Below, in pieces: positions 62,350 through 64,000 of a stretch of 64,000 nt of DNA. The notes beneath the pieces were generated by a model, which saw only the letters and a list, made by a program, of their open reading frames with translations, was not told where the DNA came from and ran no database searches. The stretch is from Octopus bimaculoides (lineage: Eukaryota), in NCBI RefSeq assembly GCF_001194135.2, contig NC_068984.1, forward strand, positions 106,577,965 through 106,641,964, given 5' to 3'. The position numbers and the translations under genes were made by a program. Numbering within the stretch: position 1 is the stretch's first letter; each line of letters opens with the position of its first letter.

Positions 62350-62944
62350 TATATATATATATATATATATAAAGAGAGAGAGAGAGAGAGAGAGGCAGAG
62401 AGAGGGAGAGAAAGAAAGAGAGAAAGAGAGAGAGAAAGAGAGATACATACATACATACATACATACATACATGAATAAATGCCTAAGTAGCAGTCTGTAC
62501 AAGTTAATGTTTTCAGAAAAAGAAATCTATCAACTCGCACATTACATATAGAATCTATTCGTGGAACAGCAAAATTAAGTAAGACTCTTCTCAAGATTAA
62601 AATGTGACGTTGTTTTGTTTCCTTGCTCGGAGGAATAATCTTAATAATATAAAAATGGAAGATACCATACGTACACACATACATACCTGCACACAGACGT
62701 ACAGGCGCACGGACACACGCACAAACACACGCGTATGTTATTGTTCAGTTTTATTTCAAGATTTCTTGCCAATAAAAAGCCGGTTTCTAACCAAAATTGA
62801 AAGCTTCTTCATTTGAATTTCAACATCAACAACAGGGTATTTTTGCATGTATGTATGAATGTATGTATATGTACAGATTTGTATGTTTTGGTTTACGTAT
62901 GTATTCCCATGCATATAGTTACATATCTAGACATGCTCATATAA

Positions 62945-63990
62945 ATGAAAAACTTCTAGGAAGTTTTACAGATTTTTACAGTTCCAGTGATGGATTGAAA
63001 TTGTAGTCTTCAAATTAGCTTTCTCCTTTCTGGTCTTGAGAAGCCTAATTTTTCACGATTGATATTTAGGCAGTGTGTTACATATTCCTGGGCCACAATA
63101 ATTACAGGTATAAACATGAACTTGTAATCTGGATAGAGTAACTTCAGATTTCTCAATAGTAGAGCATAGGTATTCTCTTTTCCATCAAATCTTCAGCTTT
63201 ATGTTAACATCAGCTGGGCAGCTACTTTCCACAAATGTGCACACTTTCTCTTCTGTTCTCTATTCTAAATCATTACATCAGGTCTGTTGTGCTTATAGTT
63301 TATTGAGGTCTTCGCTGGGATATTCCACCAGCACTCCTTTTTTATTGTGAGTTGCTATGGCTTCTACCATACTGTGTGTGGGTTCTTATTTCTTTGTCAT
63401 CGGGGTTATCCGTCCAACGGATTTCATCGGTAGATACAACCGTGATGATATTTTCGGATATTTTTGGACATCACGTTATGATGTGGGTGATATGTTCGTT
63501 GTTAACTCCACAAAATCTGCATCGGTCGTCACATTTTACTGCTTTCCCAGCATCTCTGTCCCTTTTTTACATCAGGTACTTTGTTCATATTCCTGTCCCT
63601 GTGTTGCAAACGTTTACCATTTAACGTGGGAGCTTGTAACCCAGCTATTGGTCCATGATAAACTGCTTTGACGATTGATGTTACTGTCATCTCAGAGCTT
63701 TCTACTAACATACCCGTGTATAGTTTTCTGCTCATAATAGCTCATCCTTTAATCTGATAATACGTGCGACTTCTTTGGACATGTATTTCTAGGTTATCAG
63801 ACAAAGAATCTTGCTCAAGGTGCTGCCTTCCAAGTCTTATGTTATCAGCCTCATGTATGCTAACTTAATCATGTGATGCACTTCGACACTTGGTGGTTAA
63901 AAGATGTTGCCGAATGCATATGATACCACATTCACAGGCATTTTGGATTTGATGTTAAGCCTCTGCCGCCTTGTTTTCGTTTTAGGTAGT
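62945..63990 (-). mobile_element. RLE-LINE family 3, 3' part (thumb, CCHC, RLE), continuing beyond the window
   Basis: YLKRKQGGRGL, DRCRFCGVNNEHITHIIT*CPKIS, KHNRPDVMI, LLYPDYKFMFIPVII and QSITGTVKICK. Confidence 0.9.
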
Positions 63991-64000
63991 GGGGGTCTAC

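Overview
AT-rich, gap-containing eukaryotic genomic DNA made up largely of transposon debris and microsatellites. The SINE families and repeat landscape look like an octopus (coleoid cephalopod) draft assembly; this is inference from recognised repeats. I found no intact protein-coding gene, rRNA, functional tRNA or CRISPR array. Most entries in the ORF track are artefacts of (AAT)n/(CA)n/(TA)n tracts or N-gaps. Layout: (i) 1-27 kb is a nest of more than 15 decayed non-LTR retrotransposon pieces with RT, a CCHC knuckle and a restriction-like endonuclease (R4/Dong-like). Many sit inside (AAT)n tracts, and one is interrupted by a Penelope-like element. (ii) 28-52 kb is rich in dinucleotide repeats and tRNA-derived SINEs (four families), with Penelope, Tx1 and RTE fragments. 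(iii) 53-62 kb holds DNA transposons: a full-length mariner with TIRs and TA TSD, plus hAT remnants. Best leads: a set of minimal type-I hammerhead-ribozyme-like motifs, three of which independently carry a non-canonical CCGAnGA core; sequence evidence for (TAA)n-targeted LINE insertion; two long near-perfect inverted repeats; a splice-bounded exon resembling the molluscan p53-family oligomerisation motif; and a phase-compatible two-exon minus-strand gene candidate.
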